Shown piece after piece: positions 22,552 to 32,000 of a stretch of DNA of 32,000 nucleotides. This DNA is from Mesoplasma florum L1 (GTDB lineage Bacteria > Bacillota_I > Bacilli_A > Mycoplasmatales > Mycoplasmataceae), in assembly GCF_000008305.1 (NCBI RefSeq), contig NC_006055.1, positions 761,225-793,224 on the forward strand. The letters are read 5' to 3'. The position numbers and the translations under genes were made by a program. The stretch's first letter is position 1. Each line of letters starts with the position of its first letter. The notes beneath the pieces were generated by a model. That model saw nothing but the letters and a program-made list of their open reading frames with translations. It was not told the origin of the DNA and searched no databases.

Positions 22552-23748
22552 CTACTTAATGGTATTTAAGATTTTCTTTGTTTTAGTACTGTAAACTACA
22601 GCTTTTAACATTCTATTTTTATATCTTATTTTTTTATCAATTAAATATCTATTTGTTTTTTTACCAAACGTATAAGTATTTAATTTATAAGTTAAAAAAT
22701 CATTTGTTATTACGTAGGGATAATTTTCCTTATTTCTTTTGATTGCGTTTAATAAATCTAATCAATTTATAAATTCTTCTGACAAGTATAAATCTTCTTT
22801 TGACTTGATTAAAATTGTTTTAGGTTGTATAGCTTTTGTTTCAATAATAAATAAGTTTTCATAATCTTTTATTATTGAGTATTCACCTATATTTATTTCT
22901 CAAAAAACTTTTTCTGAAACTTTAATATTTTTAGCAATTTCAAAAATAGTTTTGTTTCTTCTATTCTGGATAACAAAATCTTTTTTAATTACTTCTAATC
23001 ATTTATAAATTGTTCTTTGAATAAACTCTAGATCTTGGTCTTGTAAATTTTTATTTATTTTTAATTCATCAGCTGACATATTATTATTTACATATCAATT
23101 AACTTCTAAATTTATTATTTCTAATTTTTTATTTAATTTTTTTATTGTCTCTTCAAAATCATTAAAAGTGGATTCAGATAGATTTGCTCTTATTTTATTT
23201 CTTTTATATTTTTTATCTTCATTAGTTGAATCAATGACAAATGCTATATTTTCTTCTTTTAATGATTTAAGAATTTCAGATTTTAAAATATTTAGCATCG
23301 GTCTAACAATTGTTATTTCTTTATAAGTAGAAGTCTTATTTAAACCATAATGTTTAACATATCCTTTTCTATCTTGTTGTAATAAAAATGTTTCAACTAA
23401 ATCATTTCTATTGTGTGCTATAAGTACATTTTGAATATTATATTTCTTTGATATTTCAACAAAAAAATCATATCTGATATTTCTTGCTCAACTTTCAAAA
23501 TTTTCTTTTAGTTTTGAGTAATCTTGATTAATTATAAGTTTTTCAAGTTTTAAATTATTTTTTAAACAGAAATCTTCAACTAGTTTTTGATCTTTTCATG
23601 AGTCTTCTCTGAAATTATAATTAACATGACAAACAACAATTTCTTTAATATTCATTTTAATTAATTCGTTTAACATAAACATACTATCAGGCCCACCTGA
23701 CACAGCAACTAGATATGAAAGTGTTGTATTTAATTTAAATCTTTCCAT
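22552..23748 (-). CDS. tilS: tRNA(Ile)-lysidine synthetase
   Basis: MERFKLNTTLSYLVAVSGGPDSMFMLNELI (PP-loop SGGPDS), HNRND segment, FVIDSTNEDKKYKRNKIR. Confidence 0.93.
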
Positions 23749-23751
23749 GCC

Positions 23752-24474
23752 TTAATCCTTAAAATACCTTAGTAATTCATTTGTATAAGATTCATCATCT
23801 TTATGAGAAATAAGCGGTTTAAGTATTTGCATACCTTCATTGCCTTCTAATATAGCATCAATTAAAACAGTTTTGGCTTCATCGTTTGCTTTTGAGTGAA
23901 CAAATTGCATTCTTTTTGGTGCAAATTTATATTTGTACATTAAATTGATTATTTCACCAATTCTTTCAGGTCTATGAACTAAAGTGAATGATCCACCATT
24001 TTTTAAAATTAAACCTGCGTTTTTAATTATTTCTTCCAAAGTAATTAAAGTTTCATGTCTGGCATTTACAACTTCTTCACTAATTTTTTTAACTTTTGAT
24101 TCTTCATGTTTTTTAAAAAAAGGAGGATTGCATATTACTGCATCAAATTTATTTGCCATTTCTTTTGCATAAGTCTTAATGTCAGAATTAACAATTTCAA
24201 CTTGCTCTGTTAACTTGTTTAACTCAATGTTTTCAATAGCCAACTCAGCAGCTTTTGTTTGAATCTCTACTCCTACAATTTTTGCATTTGTATATTTAGA
24301 AACTATTAACGGAATTACTGCATTATTTGTGCCAAAGTCTACTATTTTTTTAATACTACTTTTTAAATTTATAAATCTTGCAATCAATACACTATCTAAT
24401 GTGAAGTTAAACATTTCCGAGTCTTGATAAATTTTTCTATCTTCATAACCTAAAAGGTCATTTAAAATTTTCAT
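23752..24474 (-). CDS. tRNA1(Val)-like N6-adenine methyltransferase (YfiC/TrmN6-like)
   Basis: Class I MTase: VDFGTNNAVIPLIVS, DAVICNPPFFK (NPPF), usual neighbour of holB/tmk in Firmicutes/Mollicutes. Confidence 0.85.
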   Translation of the reverse strand: MKILNDLLGYEDRKIYQDSEMFNFTLDSVLIARFINLKSSIKKIVDFGTNNAVIPLIVSKYTNAKIVGVEIQTKAAELAIENIELNKLTEQVEIVNSDIKTYAKEMANKFDAVICNPPFFKKHEESKVKKISEEVVNARHETLITLEEIIKNAGLILKNGGSFTLVHRPERIGEIINLMYKYKFAPKRMQFVHSKANDEAKTVLIDAILEGNEGMQILKPLISHKDDESYTNELLRYFKD

Positions 24475-25217
24475 TACACTACCTCACTTATATGTATTAA
24501 GAAAACATCTATTGCTAAATTTGTTTGAAATGTAAATTTTAAATCATTAATTAATTGCAAAGTTGCTTCTGCTAAATTTAAATATTTTTTTATTATTGTT
24601 CTATTGTATGCAACTTCTAGCATAGCAATTAATTCAGACTTATCAATCTTTTTCAATTCAGCGTTTGCAAGCAAAATTGAGTTTTTATCTTTTTCTAAAA
24701 GTTCTTCAATAATATTTTTAGGTGATTCATCTTGATTTTCATTTTCTAAAACAATTAATTTACATCTTGATTTTATGGTTGGTAAAACTTGACTTTTATT
24801 TTTAGTTAATAAAATAGCAATTGTATTTTCAGGGGGTTCTTCAATAAATTTTAATAAAGAGTTTGCAGATTCATTTTTTAAATTTTCTGCATTAGATAAA
24901 ACATATACTTTAAACTTATTAACTTCATTAGTCGTCAAAGAAAACTTTTGCATAAGTTCAACGACGTCATTTTTGTTTATTGCAAGACTTCCATCTCCTA
25001 ATACTACAAAATTTGACAAACTTTTATTTTCAAATCTTTTGCAGTTATCACAAGAATCTTTTTCAATACCTAAGTTTTCACAAAAAATTGTTCTAGATAA
25101 ATTGTTTGCAAAATCATTTAAAGTTTCTTGATTATCGTTTGAAATTAATATAGAGCTAAACATCTTTTTATTTTTTAATTGCTCAACAAATTTTTCTAAC
25201 GCTTCTCTTTTTTTCAT
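24474..25217 (-). CDS. holB: DNA polymerase III delta' subunit
   Basis: CDNCKRF zinc module-like, NSLLKFIEEPPENTIAILLT, LPTIKSRC; gene order with tmk-recR-dnaX. Confidence 0.9.
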   Translation of the reverse strand: MKKREALEKFVEQLKNKKMFSSILISNDNQETLNDFANNLSRTIFCENLGIEKDSCDNCKRFENKSLSNFVVLGDGSLAINKNDVVELMQKFSLTTNEVNKFKVYVLSNAENLKNESANSLLKFIEEPPENTIAILLTKNKSQVLPTIKSRCKLIVLENENQDESPKNIIEELLEKDKNSILLANAELKKIDKSELIAMLEVAYNRTIIKKYLNLAEATLQLINDLKFTFQTNLAIDVFLIHISEVV

Positions 25218-25831
25218 AATTCAATCTTTTCTAAGATAACTTTTTTAGTTTCTTCAAAAACTTCTTCAGGTGATTTTGAAGCATCAATGACAGTTATTCT
25301 ATTTGGTTCTTTAACCACTAATTCTTCGAAAGCTAATTTTACTGCTTCTTTAAACTTTCTTCCTTCTTCATCTAATCTATTCTTTTCTTCAGGTCTTGCA
25401 GAAAGTCTTTTTTCAGCATCCTCAAAACTTAATTCAAAATATAAAGTTAGATCAGGAAGAAAACCTTCAAGAATATTTTTTTGTAACTCATTTAAGTAAT
25501 CAACCCCAAGCCCTCTAGCTCCACCTTGATATGCGGTTGTTGAATCCATAAATCTGTCAGATATAACTATATATCCTTTTTTAAGATAAGGTTTGATAAC
25601 TTTTTCAAGATGTTCTTTTCTTGCAGCAATAAAAAGCAACGCCTCTGTTCAAGGTTCCATTCCTACACCATCTTTATTTAAAATTAGTTCTCTAATTTTT
25701 TCAGATAGCGGTAGTCCACCAGGTTCTCTAGTCATAACTACTTTATAATTCAAATCTTCTAAATATTGTTTTACTCTTTGTAGTGCAGTTGTTTTTCCAC
25801 TACCATCCATTCCTTCAATTGTTATGAACAT
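25214..25831 (-). CDS. tmk: Thymidylate kinase
   Basis: [47 protein letters not shown]. Confidence 0.97.
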
Positions 25832-25832
25832 A

Positions 25833-26423
25833 TTAAACCTCGTATTTCTTTCTATTTTTAAATGCGCTTTCAAGTGTTGTTTCATCCATATAATCAAGGC
25901 TACCACCCATTGGTATACCTTTTGCTATTCTCGTAATGTTTATATTCATGTTTTTAGTTAATTGATAAATATAATTTGTTGTTAGCTCTCCTTCAAAAGT
26001 TGCGTTTAATGCTAATATCAATTCAGTGTTTTTTTCAATTCTAGATAATAAGCTTTCAAAATTTATTTCTGAAGGTGATCTTTTTTTGTTTAGATTTATT
26101 TCTGATCCAAGTACATGATAAAGACCTTTATATTTATTAATTTTTTCAATATTATTAACATCAAGTTGACTTGCAACAACACAAATAACATTTTGGTTTC
26201 TAGTTTCATCTGAGCAAATCAAACATTCGTTTTTAATTTGATAGTAATTGCAAATAGGGCAAATAGAAAAATTGTCTTTTATAAAATTTAATTGTTTAGA
26301 AAAATTGTCTAAAGCAAATTTATCTATAATCAAATTATTTACCAATCTCTCACTTGTCTTTTTAGTAAGTCCATTGTTTTTATTTATATTATTTATAATT
26401 TCTTCAAACAATTCATTATTCAT
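25833..26423 (-). CDS. recR: Recombination protein RecR
   Basis: [52 protein letters not shown]. Confidence 0.93.
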   Translation of the reverse strand: MNNELFEEIINNINKNNGLTKKTSERLVNNLIIDKFALDNFSKQLNFIKDNFSICPICNYYQIKNECLICSDETRNQNVICVVASQLDVNNIEKINKYKGLYHVLGSEINLNKKRSPSEINFESLLSRIEKNTELILALNATFEGELTTNYIYQLTKNMNINITRIAKGIPMGGSLDYMDETTLESAFKNRKKYEV

Positions 26424-26425
26424 AT

Positions 26426-28321
26426 CTAATCCTCTATTTCTAATTCATCTATATTAAATAATCTTGATGCTGCCTCAATTGTTTTATCATCAAAATGACT
26501 TAGCACCATAGATTGCTTTTTCTTGTCAAAATATGAATCATAATTTATTTCTTCATAACTTGGCAATTGATTATTTTCTTTAAGTCTCTTAAATGATATT
26601 TTAACTTCATTTCAAAGAGTTTCATCAATTGGTAAAAATAAAGCTTTTCCAAATTCTTTTTGAATAGACTCTCTATATTCTTCATTTTGTAAAAATACTA
26701 ATAGGTTATTTACATTTTCAAAATCATCAGCTCTTAAAAGGATTTCATTTTGAGATGCAGCTATAACTTTAAAGTTGAAAAAATTAATATATTTTTTTGC
26801 TAAATCAGGATTTAATAAATTATCTTGTTCATCCACTTTAAAGAAGCTATTTATTTTATTTTCAATATCCTCTCTTTTATTTTTATTGGCTCCAACTAAT
26901 AAGTTTATAACTTCATTAATTTCGACTTTATAAGTTTTCTTTTCTTCGTTATCAACTAAATTTTTATTTAACTGTATTTTTAAATTTGTTAATGTTTTTA
27001 ATTCATAATCATCATCTATTGAAACGCTTTCTTCTTTTATTTCAATATCTTTTACTTGTGTAATTTTTTCTTCAAATGTTTTTATTGGTTGTTCTATAAC
27101 TTCTTCTTTTATTTCTTCAACTTTTTCAATTAAAATTTGTTTTTCTGGTTCTTGTATATGAACTGGTTCAGCAATGACTTCTTTTACAATTATGTTTTCT
27201 TGAATTGTTAAAACACTTTCTTCAATTTTTATTTTATGTTCAGTTGGTTCTTTTAAAGTTTTTAATAAGCTAATTAATAAATAATTAAAATTAATATTTG
27301 TACCTTTTGTTTTTGCATATGCTTCACTTAAATTATCAGCCACTTCAAATAATGACTTTACATTTACTTGAGCAAATTCATTTAAATCAGATTTGTCTAA
27401 TATATTTAAAACATTTTCGTCATTTGTAAATTTGAACTCAATTATTTCTTTTACTATTTCTATTAAGCTTAAAGTGAAAACATCAAAATCCATTCCTTGA
27501 TTATTAGCTTTTTCAAAATAATTTATTATTGTTGCTGGATCATTATTTAAGATATTAGTTAATATTTTCATTTTTTCATTTTTTGTTGCAACATAGAAAA
27601 CTGATTTTAAATCTTCAACTGTTATGTGATCTGAAGTTACAGTCATTAATTGTTCAATTACGTTTGATGCATCTCTTAGTGATCCTTCTGAAATAATTGC
27701 TATTTCTTCAAGTACAGCTTTATCAATTTTATATCCTTCATTTTCACAAATGAAACTTAATCTATTCATCAATGATATTCTGTCTATTTTTTTAAAATTA
27801 AATATCTGACATCTTGAAAGTATTGTTGCTGGTATTTTTGCATATTCAGTTGTTGCTAAAATAAATATTGCATGAACAGGAGGTTCTTCAAGTGTTTTAA
27901 GTAATGCATTAAAAGCCGCTTTTGTTAACATATGAACTTCATCTATTATGTAAATTTTGTATTTACCTATAAATGGTAATGAATTAATATTATTTTTTAT
28001 TTCTCTAATTTCATCAACACCATTATTAGATGCAGCGTCCATTTCTATAATGTCAGGATTTCTTTGTTCATTTGAAGCTATACAACTTTCACAAACTTCA
28101 CAAGCAAGTCCATCTTTAATATTTAAACAGTTAACACTTTTGGCTAAAATTCTTGCTATTGATGTTTTTCCAGTTCCTCTTTGACCAGCAAAAAGAAATG
28201 AGTGACTTATTTTATTATTTTTTAATTCGTTCTTTAATATTTCAACAACATTTTGGTGCCCTGCTATATCACCAAAATTACTTGGTCTATATTTTCTATA
28301 TAAAGCTTTATTTTGTTCCAT
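26426..28321 (-). CDS. dnaX: DNA polymerase III gamma/tau subunit
   Basis: ALYRKYRPSNFGDIAGHQNVVEIL, HSFLFAGQRGTGKTSIARILAKSVNC, IIDEVHML, LLKTLEEPP. Real start MEQNKALYRK (SD TGGAGGA), 631 aa. Confidence 0.97.
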
Positions 28322-28472
28322 GAATCCTCCAACTAATAAATTATATTTATTATTAATTTTAACATTTTTGAGTGTTGTTATAAACCTCTTGTGTGTAATT
28401 AATATATAAATCAATACTAATTTTAATAACGATTAAAAACCAAAATAATATTGCTATTTTAAAATAAAAAAA

Positions 28473-28483
28473 GCCCTATGGGC
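28473..28483 (-). terminator. Short terminator-like hairpin downstream of tadA
   Basis: Minus strand GCCC-ATA-GGGC followed by TTTTTTTATTTT; only 4 bp stem. Confidence 0.45.
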
Positions 28484-28494
28484 ATTACTTTATC

Positions 28495-28923
28495 CTATCT
28501 TTTCTTTTGAAAAAAATCTGAAATTATTTTTTGGTATTTTGATTGAAGTTCTTCATGATCAAGTTTACGTATATTTATTTTAATTTGATCTATGTTCACA
28601 TCGTTTCTAAAGCTCAACTTTACATTTTCTGTTAAATATATTATTTCTTTTATCTTTGCCTGTTTTATTGCACCATAACACATCAAACAAGGTTCTAAAG
28701 TTGTAAACAGTGTATATTCAGAAAGGTTACCTTTTTTTATTTTTTTAAAGGCCTTGTTCATAACATTTATTTCAGCATGACCTGTTATTTTTTTTATTTT
28801 ATAACTATTATTTTTTGACTTAAAAACTATTTTATTGTCTTTTATTAAACAAGAAAAAACAGGTATGTCTTTTGATTTATTTTTAACTTTTATTTTATTT
28901 ATGTACGTATTTAAATTCTTCAT
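28495..28923 (-). CDS. tadA: tRNA adenosine(34) deaminase-like protein
   Basis: Cytidine-deaminase-fold zinc motif HAEINVM ... TLEPCLMCYGAI. Confidence 0.85.
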   Translation of the reverse strand: MKNLNTYINKIKVKNKSKDIPVFSCLIKDNKIVFKSKNNSYKIKKITGHAEINVMNKAFKKIKKGNLSEYTLFTTLEPCLMCYGAIKQAKIKEIIYLTENVKLSFRNDVNIDQIKINIRKLDHEELQSKYQKIISDFFQKKR

Positions 28924-28945
28924 ATTTTAATTATAAACAAAAAAA

Positions 28946-29020
28946 CCGTGATACAAGACACATTCCCTTATAGCTGCTACCTTCCGGTCCTGACTCATTC
29001 GGGCGTAATCTTTATCACGG
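28946..29020 (-). ncRNA. ffs: Small (Mollicute-type) SRP RNA, about 75 nt
   Basis: Minus strand CCGTGATAAAGATTACGCCCGAATGAGTCAGGACCGGAAGGTAGCAGCTATAAGGG...TATCACGG. Conserved GTCAGGACCGGAAGGTAGCAGC domain IV core, 8 bp closing stem, T run, and an upstream TATAAT. Confidence 0.95.
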
Positions 29021-29056
29021 CAATATTATTATACATTTAAAATTGCTTTTTTAAAA

Positions 29057-29857
29057 CTAATCCAATTTAATATCACTCAAACTATCAATAATAAATTTGG
29101 CTTTATCTCTTATATTTTTATTATGTTCTTGCATCACTATGTAAGAATTATCATAAAACTCTTTAAACATTGATAAATCATTATTATCATCACCAGCAAC
29201 AATTATATCATCATTACATATATTGAAAACTTTCGCCATTTCTTTTATCGCATTACCTTTTGAAACGTTTGCATGATGTATCTCATTAAAAGTTATTTCT
29301 TTTAAATTATTAGAAACATAACTAAACTTTAAATTTTTATTTTCAAGTGTTTGCATAAGTTTTGTTCATACAGATGGTGTACAACTCATTTTAAAACATA
29401 TTATTTGCTTACCATCTATGTAATCAAAAGATCTATTCTGTGGTTTCATACCCATAAAAGTTATTTCCATCTCCTCTTTTCAAAAGTCATGATAAAAGAA
29501 ATCTTCTTCACCTTTAAATGAATAAACAAGACTAAATATTTCGCTTCGATTATTTTTAACAAATTCGATTATTTCTTTTGATAAATTTTCATCTAAATAT
29601 TGAGAAAAGATTTCTTTTCCTTGATTGTCATATATAGCTGCCCCTGCATTAGTTAAATAATAATCAGGTAAAAAATCAGAATAGGTTTCTTTAATATGTT
29701 TATCTATGTGCTCAAAAGGTCTACCTGTTGATATTATTATTTTATTTCCTTTTTGTTGTAAATTCTTAACAAAATTCATATCTTTTTCAGATATTATATT
29801 TTTTTCATTTCTACTATTTCTTAAAGTTCCATCAAAGTCTGTAAATAACCATTTCAT
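29057..29857 (-). CDS. Cof-type HAD hydrolase
   Basis: MKWLFTDFDGTLRNSRN, IIISTGRP, GNAIKEMAKVF...VAGDDNNDLSMF. Confidence 0.9.
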
Positions 29858-29929
29858 TATAAAAATCTCCATATTTATTTCTACAAAAATTATACATTTA
29901 ATGTCTCATTTAAAATAAATTTTTAATAA

Positions 29930-29950
29930 AAAAATAACAGTTTCCTGTTA
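29930..29950. terminator. Intrinsic terminator downstream of yidC
   Basis: aaataacag-tttc-ctgttattt hairpin with flanking A/T runs. Confidence 0.75.
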
Positions 29951-29956
29951 TTTAAA

Positions 29957-31180
29957 TTATTTACTTAGTTTTTTTAATCTTCTTTCTTCTTGTCGTTTTC
30001 TACGTTGAACTTCTTGCACAGAACGATTTGCTTTGTGTTGATTTCAGAAGAAGAAACCTAAAGTTTGAATTATTTGGAAAGTTGATGAGAATATTCAGTA
30101 AATTGCAACCCCTGAGGCAACTGACGCAACAACAAAGATAAATACAAAGGCAAATACACCTTGCATAATAAATTGTTTTTTACGTGATTTTCTTTGTGCT
30201 TCAGTTAATGTTATAGATTTTTGTTTAATTGATTGTAAAACAAGTGGTAATAACATTGAGATGATTTGCAATGGTAAATAAACAGCAAGTAGTGATAGAT
30301 AGATTACTTCACCATTTAACATTTGAGATCATGGTTTTTCAATTAATGCAATCATACCTACGTTAGCAATTTTTAATGATTTTGTTGATCTAACAATTGC
30401 ATAAATAGCGAATAGGAATGGCATTGATGCGAAAGCCCCTGCCATTGATGAAAATGGTGAGAAGCCTTCTTTCTTTTGAAGAGCTTGCATCTCTGCTGAC
30501 ATTTTTTGTCTTGCTTGAGGTGATTTATCACCTTTATATTTAGCTTGAATGTCAGCTTGTTTTAATTGGAAAGCTTGTTGTTTGTGTTGATTTACTTGAG
30601 ATTTTCAAGTAAATGCCAACGAAATAGATTTAATAATAATAACTGTAAACAAGATAGCAAATATAACTGATACACCATAACTTGTATTACCTAGTTCTGG
30701 ATTCAATGTTCCGGACATACCTTTTATTAATGAGTTAAGTAATAAGGCTGTTGGATAAACGAAAAATCCATAGAAAGGTGAACCTGTTTTTGAGAATGCT
30801 TCTGATCATGAACTAATAACATTATAAGCATATTGTTGTCCATTTAAACCAGTTACAATCACTGCTCAGTTTTGAGAAGGTCTTTCACCCAATGCGGAAA
30901 TAACTATTTCAAATGAAACCCCTGGCATATATACTCTTCTACCAGTCATATCTGTTACTTCTTGAATTAAATATGGATCTTGATACATTTGTACACAACC
31001 TCAAATCATTGAGATTATGATGAATAAAAATCCTAAAATTTTAAATCATTTTCAAATTAACTTTAATATTCTTTTTCTATCATTACTGTCTGACATTTTT
31101 TGTCAAAAAGTTTTTTTTGATTTTGTGGTGCTATTTGAGTTCATGTATGACATAACCCCATTTTTCTTTGGGTTAGACAT
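29957..31180 (-). CDS. yidC: Membrane protein insertase YidC
   Basis: Joined through many TGA(W) codons. MSAEMQALQKKEGFSPFSSMAGAFASMPFLFAIYAIVR, MLLPLVLQS...YWIFSSTFQIIQTLGF. Position next to rnpA/rpmH. Confidence 0.95.
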
Positions 31181-31220
31181 AAATAATTGATTTTCATTAT
31201 ACAAAATTAGCACCTCCTTG

Positions 31221-31553
31221 CTATTTTAAAAATCTAACAACTAATTTGTTTAATTCTTTTTGATTTTGATCAAATGAATTTTGCATCATTCTGTTTCTTG
31301 CAATAATTACAATATCGTATGAGAATTCAGGCAATATCTTTATTTGATCTTGAATCATCATTCTAATTTGTCTTTTAATTTTATTTCTAGTAACTGCGTT
31401 GCCTAATTTTTTACCAACACTTATACCGTATCTAAAATATCCTTTATCGTTTTTAGAATAATAAATTACAAATGCAGAATTTCTATGAAATTCTTGCTTA
31501 CTTATTATTTCTTGAAATTCAAAATTCTTTTTTATAATTTTTTTATTTTTCAT
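31221..31553 (-). CDS. rnpA: Ribonuclease P protein component
   Basis: YFRYGISVGKKLGNAVTRNKIKRQIRMM; downstream of rpmH. Confidence 0.96.
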   Translation of the reverse strand: MKNKKIIKKNFEFQEIISKQEFHRNSAFVIYYSKNDKGYFRYGISVGKKLGNAVTRNKIKRQIRMMIQDQIKILPEFSYDIVIIARNRMMQNSFDQNQKELNKLVVRFLK

Positions 31554-31565
31554 TTCACAAAAAAA

Positions 31566-31700
31566 TTAAGCAGTTAATTTAGCTCTACCTTTTGCTCTAC
31601 GAGCTTTGATAACTTTTCTTCCATTTTTAGTAGCCATTCTAGCTCTAAAACCGTGAACACGAGCGTGTTTAATTTTTGATGGTTGTCAAGTTCTTTTCAT
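31566..31700 (-). CDS. rpmH: 50S ribosomal protein L34
   Basis: [44 protein letters not shown]. Confidence 0.98.
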
Positions 31701-31839
31701 TGTATTCAAACCCCCTTTTAAAGTTGATAATTCTTGTTAATTATAATATAAGTGCTGGAAAAAGTATAGTTTTTTATTGTTATTTTTAAGAAAATTTATC
31801 CATTGTGTTTTTATATGAACTTTTTCAACATTTTTTATA

Positions 31840-31960
31840 ACCTTTTGTGGAAAAGTGGAAAAAAGATATATAAATACTAAACTATTGCTTTTTAGTGTTA
31901 TTCATTATGTTTATTTCTTTTTAAAATATTTTTTTATCCACACATTGTGGAAAACTTTTA
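31840..31960. other. Part of oriC: DnaA-box cluster upstream of (off-window) dnaA
   Basis: TGTGGAAAA at 31846-31854 (box TTTTCCACA), TTATCCACA at 31934-31942, TGTGGAAAA at 31946-31954, in very AT-rich noncoding DNA next to rpmH. Confidence 0.88.
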
Positions 31961-32000
31961 TTATTATGTGTTTTAATTTATTTTATGAAGGGGAATTAAT

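Noticed and set aside
28322-28414. N-terminal extension MIYILITHKRF... of dnaX in the track
   Set aside because: Conserved DnaX begins at MEQNKALYRKYRP with a good TGGAGGA SD. The upstream part is AT-rich leader without conservation features.
1-31700. Apparent widespread gene fragmentation/pseudogenes in the ORF track
   Set aside because: Breaks fall at TGA codons in conserved Trp positions (for example topA, ftsH, yidC, mnmG). Adjacent pieces share frame and family, so this is genetic code 4, not decay.
1-32000. Search for a new defence system, phage or transposon module
   Set aside because: Apart from the PD-(D/E)XK candidate, the window is housekeeping and transport genes in conserved order. 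No integrase, transposase, toxin-antitoxin or CRISPR signatures were recognised.

Overview
Mollicute (Mesoplasma/Entomoplasma-like) chromosomal segment read with genetic code 4 (TGA=Trp). The right end runs into oriC, just upstream of where dnaA should start: yidC, rnpA and rpmH followed by a DnaA-box region. The six-frame track breaks most genes at TGA. Joining in-frame pieces gives about 30 intact genes, nearly all on the minus strand (topA and an MBL-fold hydrolase are on plus). Main content: topA, a RecB/Cas4-like PD-(D/E)XK protein, uraA-type permease, YgjP-like metallopeptidase, ychF, DUF951, rsmG, pgsA, an APC permease, a nucleoside-salvage operon (BMP lipoprotein, ABC ATPase, two permeases, deoD), a membrane-anchored HU-like protein, mnmG, ftsH, tilS, trmN6-like, holB, tmk, recR, dnaX, tadA, a small SRP RNA, a HAD hydrolase, yidC, rnpA and rpmH. 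The most interesting items are: (1) a predicted two-TM protein with a Lys/Ala/Pro repeat linker and a C-terminal HU/IHF DNA-binding domain, about 14 kb from oriC; (2) a guanine-type purine riboswitch variant resembling the M. florum 2'-dG class, with a terminator, in front of the nucleoside ABC operon; (3) a 23-codon leader ORF whose stop codon lies in the 5' arm of a terminator upstream of the uracil permease, a candidate coupled attenuator; (4) a nucleoside ABC permease with a cytosolic coiled-coil tail of about 200 residues or more. No CRISPR array, transposon or phage module was seen.
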